From positions 700,459 through 764,458 of the forward strand of contig JAAOMT010000009.1 in NCBI GenBank assembly GCA_016748015.1: a DNA stretch of 64,000 nucleotides, given 5' to 3'. Numbering within the stretch: the stretch's first letter is position 1; each line of letters starts with the position of its first letter. This DNA comes from Geosiphon pyriformis uo1 (lineage: Eukaryota > Fungi > Glomeromycota). This document shows positions 60,717 to 64,000 of this stretch, in pieces. A model generated the notes under the pieces. That model had not been told where the DNA came from, ran no database searches, and saw only the letters and a list, made by a program, of their open reading frames with translations. A program made the translations under genes and the position numbers.

Positions 60717-62712
60717 TGTTGTCTTGTCTGGCCTAAGTGGCTAGCCACATGTAGAAAGTACATGAGTTGTATCTAGGTTAAACCACTTAGTTTGGCTTTG
60801 TGTACTAGATAGCAATTGGGCTTCACTCATTAAAAGGTTAATAAAAAAAAAAATACAAAATACTTTTTTTATATTAAATATTTAAATATTTTAATATGTT
60901 TTTTTAATATTAAAGATAATATTTTTTGTATTATAATTAGAATTTTATTAAATGTTTTAAAAAAAATGGTTTTAACTTTTTTTAAAAACAAAACTGTTAA
61001 ATTATTTAAATTATTTAATAAGTTTTAAAAGTATTATAATTAATTTGTGTTCAATTTGTTTTAAATTTTTTAAATAAATATTTAATTTATAAAAAAATAC
61101 AGAATTTTTATGAATTTTAGTTTTTATAAATAAAAAAAATTATACAAGATTAATAACATTAATTAAGATTACAAAAAAAATTTATTAAATTAAACTTTTA
61201 TAACTTGTAAATTAAACAAATTTTTTTAAAATAATAATTTTTTAATTTTGAAAAACATCTTAATTTAAAATTTTATTTTTGTTATTGGTTTTATAATTAA
61301 GAATACTTTAAAAAAAATTAAATATTTTGGTTAATTCTCCAAAATACAAAGAAAACTTATGTATATTAATTAGAAAAAAGTTTACAAAAAATTAAAATAT
61401 GTAAAAAATTTATTAAATTTTTTGATTATATTTACAATAATAAAATTAATAAAATTATAATTGATTTTAGACTTACAAATAAGTAATTTTATAATAATTT
61501 GGATCAAAAAAAAGTATTTATTTTTTTTATAAAGAATTTTCTATAATTTTTTTTGTGTAAAATAAAAAAACTAAAAAATATTTTAAATACCAAATTAATT
61601 TTAAACTAATTACTTATATTAATAAAATAAAATTTAAATTAATGTTATATTTTATTTTTCTATTGGTATTTTTATTAATATTATTATTATTTAAATTAAT
61701 AATAATTAAATTATTATACAAAATATTTTAAATATTATAAATAATATTTTTAAATTAATATTATATTTATAAATAAAAAAAATTATGACTATTTTTATTA
61801 AGCACAAAGTTAAAAATATTTTTAAGATAAATAGACTATATATTTTAATTATAAAGCTTTAAATACTTATTATTATTTAGAAAATTTTTATAAATAAAAA
61901 AATCAAATATATTTAATTTCAAAAAACCAATTTTAATATTAAGTTTTTTATTAATAAAATATTTAAAAAAATAGTGTTTAATAAACAATTTTATTATTTG
62001 TTTGCCATAATTTTATAATCAATTATTGTATATTGTATATAAATAAATTTTGTTTTCAAAAAAATGTAAAAAATAGAATAGATTAATTAAAGAAGTTATA
62101 TTTATTAAAGATTTTTTATAATTTGACTTTTTTAAATAAATTTAGACAAAAAACAAAATAGTTATAATTTTTGAATTTTTAAATATTAATAGAATTCTTA
62201 AAAAACTTTTTGATTATAAATTTTTAAATTTTTAGATTTATTGTATTATTTTATAAAAATTTTTGATAACTTTATAAACAAAAAATATTAATAAGTATAA
62301 TAAATATTTTTTTGTTTGTAGTTTTTTTGTTAATATTTATTTAAATATTTTTTGTTTTTATAATAATATATTAATATTTATTATTATTAATAAAAAGTTT
62401 TATTTTAAAATAATTAAGTTTTTTAAAATATTTAAAATTATATTTGTAAGTTAATTGTTAAACAAAAACAGAATTTTATTTATTTGAATTATTTTTTATT
62501 ATTAAAAAAAATTAAATCCAAAAAATTCAATATTATATTAATTTAAATATATTGTTATTTATTTTAATAATTTGTATAATATTATAAATTATTAATATGT
62601 TATTTATATTAATAAAAAATATTTAAAAGTTAATTAAATTTTAATATTATTGTATTTTAATTTATGTAAATTAATTTGTTTTAAATTTATAATATATACA
62701 AATAAATTTGTA

Positions 62713-63223
62713 GGTTAGGGTTGATATTATTCTGTTTAAGAGCTTTGTTTTCAATAATTGGTATCATGAATCTGTCTCAGTTTTTAAGGACTTTAAGGTT
62801 GGGGGCTAGGGAAATTGTGAATTTTGTGCATGGGCTCTGTTTAGCATTTCGGGATGACATTTGGTTAGTCCGCACCAGACACCGAGCATTTATAGAAAAG
62901 CATGGTTTGATTCCGCATGACAGCTCCACTCCAGCTTCAGTTTCTGGTTTGCCTATGGTGTTTTCGGCTGGTGTAGTTAGATTGCTGAGTGTGGCTGAGG
63001 CTTTTGGAGTTGATTTCGGGTTTCATAAGTTTTGTCCATTTTTTTCGGGTATTGGATATTTGGTTTCTGTGCATATAGGTGTATAGTGTTGTTCTGGCTG
63101 GCCCAAATGGCTGGTCACGTGTAGAAAGCACATGATTTGCACTTAGTTTAGATTATTTATATGATGTATAGCACTAGGTTGCGTTTGGACCTCACTCGTT
63201 AAAATAAAAAAATAAAAAAATAA
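62713..63223 (+). mobile_element. 5'-truncated LINE of the same family, relatively young
   Basis: ORF2 C-terminus (FRDDIWLVRTRHRAFIEKH), 3' UTR, A-rich tail, TSD aaatttgta; retains CpGs unlike its flanks. Confidence 0.92.
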
Positions 63224-64000
63224 AAATTTGTAAAAAATTTTGGTTTTTTTGAGTTAATTAAAAAAACTATTGTCTTTTTTGTTAATTTAATTTTAAATAT
63301 AAAAATTAATATATATAATATTATATTATTTATATTAATTAAGCTTTAAATTATTGTTTTAATATTTAAATATATGTTGATATCTGTATATATAATAATA
63401 AAATTTAATAATTAAACTGTTTTAAATACATATTAATTGGATTTAATTAATATTATTCTAATTTTAAACATAAATATTAGATTAAAAAACATTAAATTAT
63501 TAATATTATAATTTAAATAAGAATTTAATATAAAAATTATAAAAAAAATATAAATAATATATTATATAAAATAATACATAATAATAAAATTTAGATAAAA
63601 TAATTAAATTTAATTTTATTAGTTTTTTAAATTTAATAAAATTATTATTAAAACTTATATTTATATGAATTAAAATTTTAAATTCTTTTATTAAAATTTA
63701 TTTACTTTTTTACATTCAAGTTAAATATAATTAACATGATACTTTAAAAATTTTTATAAATTAAATCAATATTTTTAATTATAATAATTAACAAAATATT
63801 AATTTTATTTATTTATTTTTATTTTTTTATTTTAATCTGAAAATAGCCAAAAATAACATATATAATAATTTGATAATTTAATTATTATAATAAATAATTT
63901 TATATTATAATAATTTAATAAAAAAAAAGTGTATTTTAAGAAATTAATTTTATAAAAAATTATAACTTATTAAAAAAATAAAAAAATAAAACTAAAATTT

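Larger units (their letters stand above)
53970..60848 (+). mobile_element. Full-length LINE with RNase H, decayed
   Basis: 5' UTR, ORF1, ORF2, 3' UTR and A-tail; TSD ~aaaaatacaaaa on both sides. Confidence 0.94.

Noticed and set aside
21-60848. Two LINEs in opposite orientation as terminal inverted repeats of one giant element
   Set aside because: They are clearly diverged, each has its own A-tail, and the right one has its own TSD; they are independent insertions.

Overview
AT-rich eukaryotic window made almost entirely of decayed transposons. I found no intact host gene, RNA gene or CRISPR array. Composition and element style suggest a Glomeromycota fungus (Geosiphon-like); that assignment is inference only. 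Two full-length RNase H-containing LINEs (21-7735 minus, 53970-60848 plus) and a 5'-truncated LINE (62713-63223) flank a six-layer nest, reconstructed from terminal repeats and target-site duplications (TSDs): Gypsy E <- Gypsy B2 <- Gypsy A <- hAT transposon <- {Gypsy B1, solo LTR, Gypsy C <- Gypsy D}. The main result is the architecture of these Ty3/Gypsy elements. One reading frame encodes an N-extended Gag, protease, a Cys-rich domain, dUTPase plus a dUTPase-like domain (A, C, D), RT and RNase H. In all four elements with a pol (A, B1, C, D), that frame ends at a TAA exactly four residues after the RNase H 'LSR' motif. Integrase then starts at its own ATG after a 29-57 nt spacer, and is followed by an uncharacterised, non-membrane ORF3 in the env position. 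Decay is dominated by C>T/G>A transitions in CpG and non-CpG contexts and is worst in the oldest (outermost) layers.
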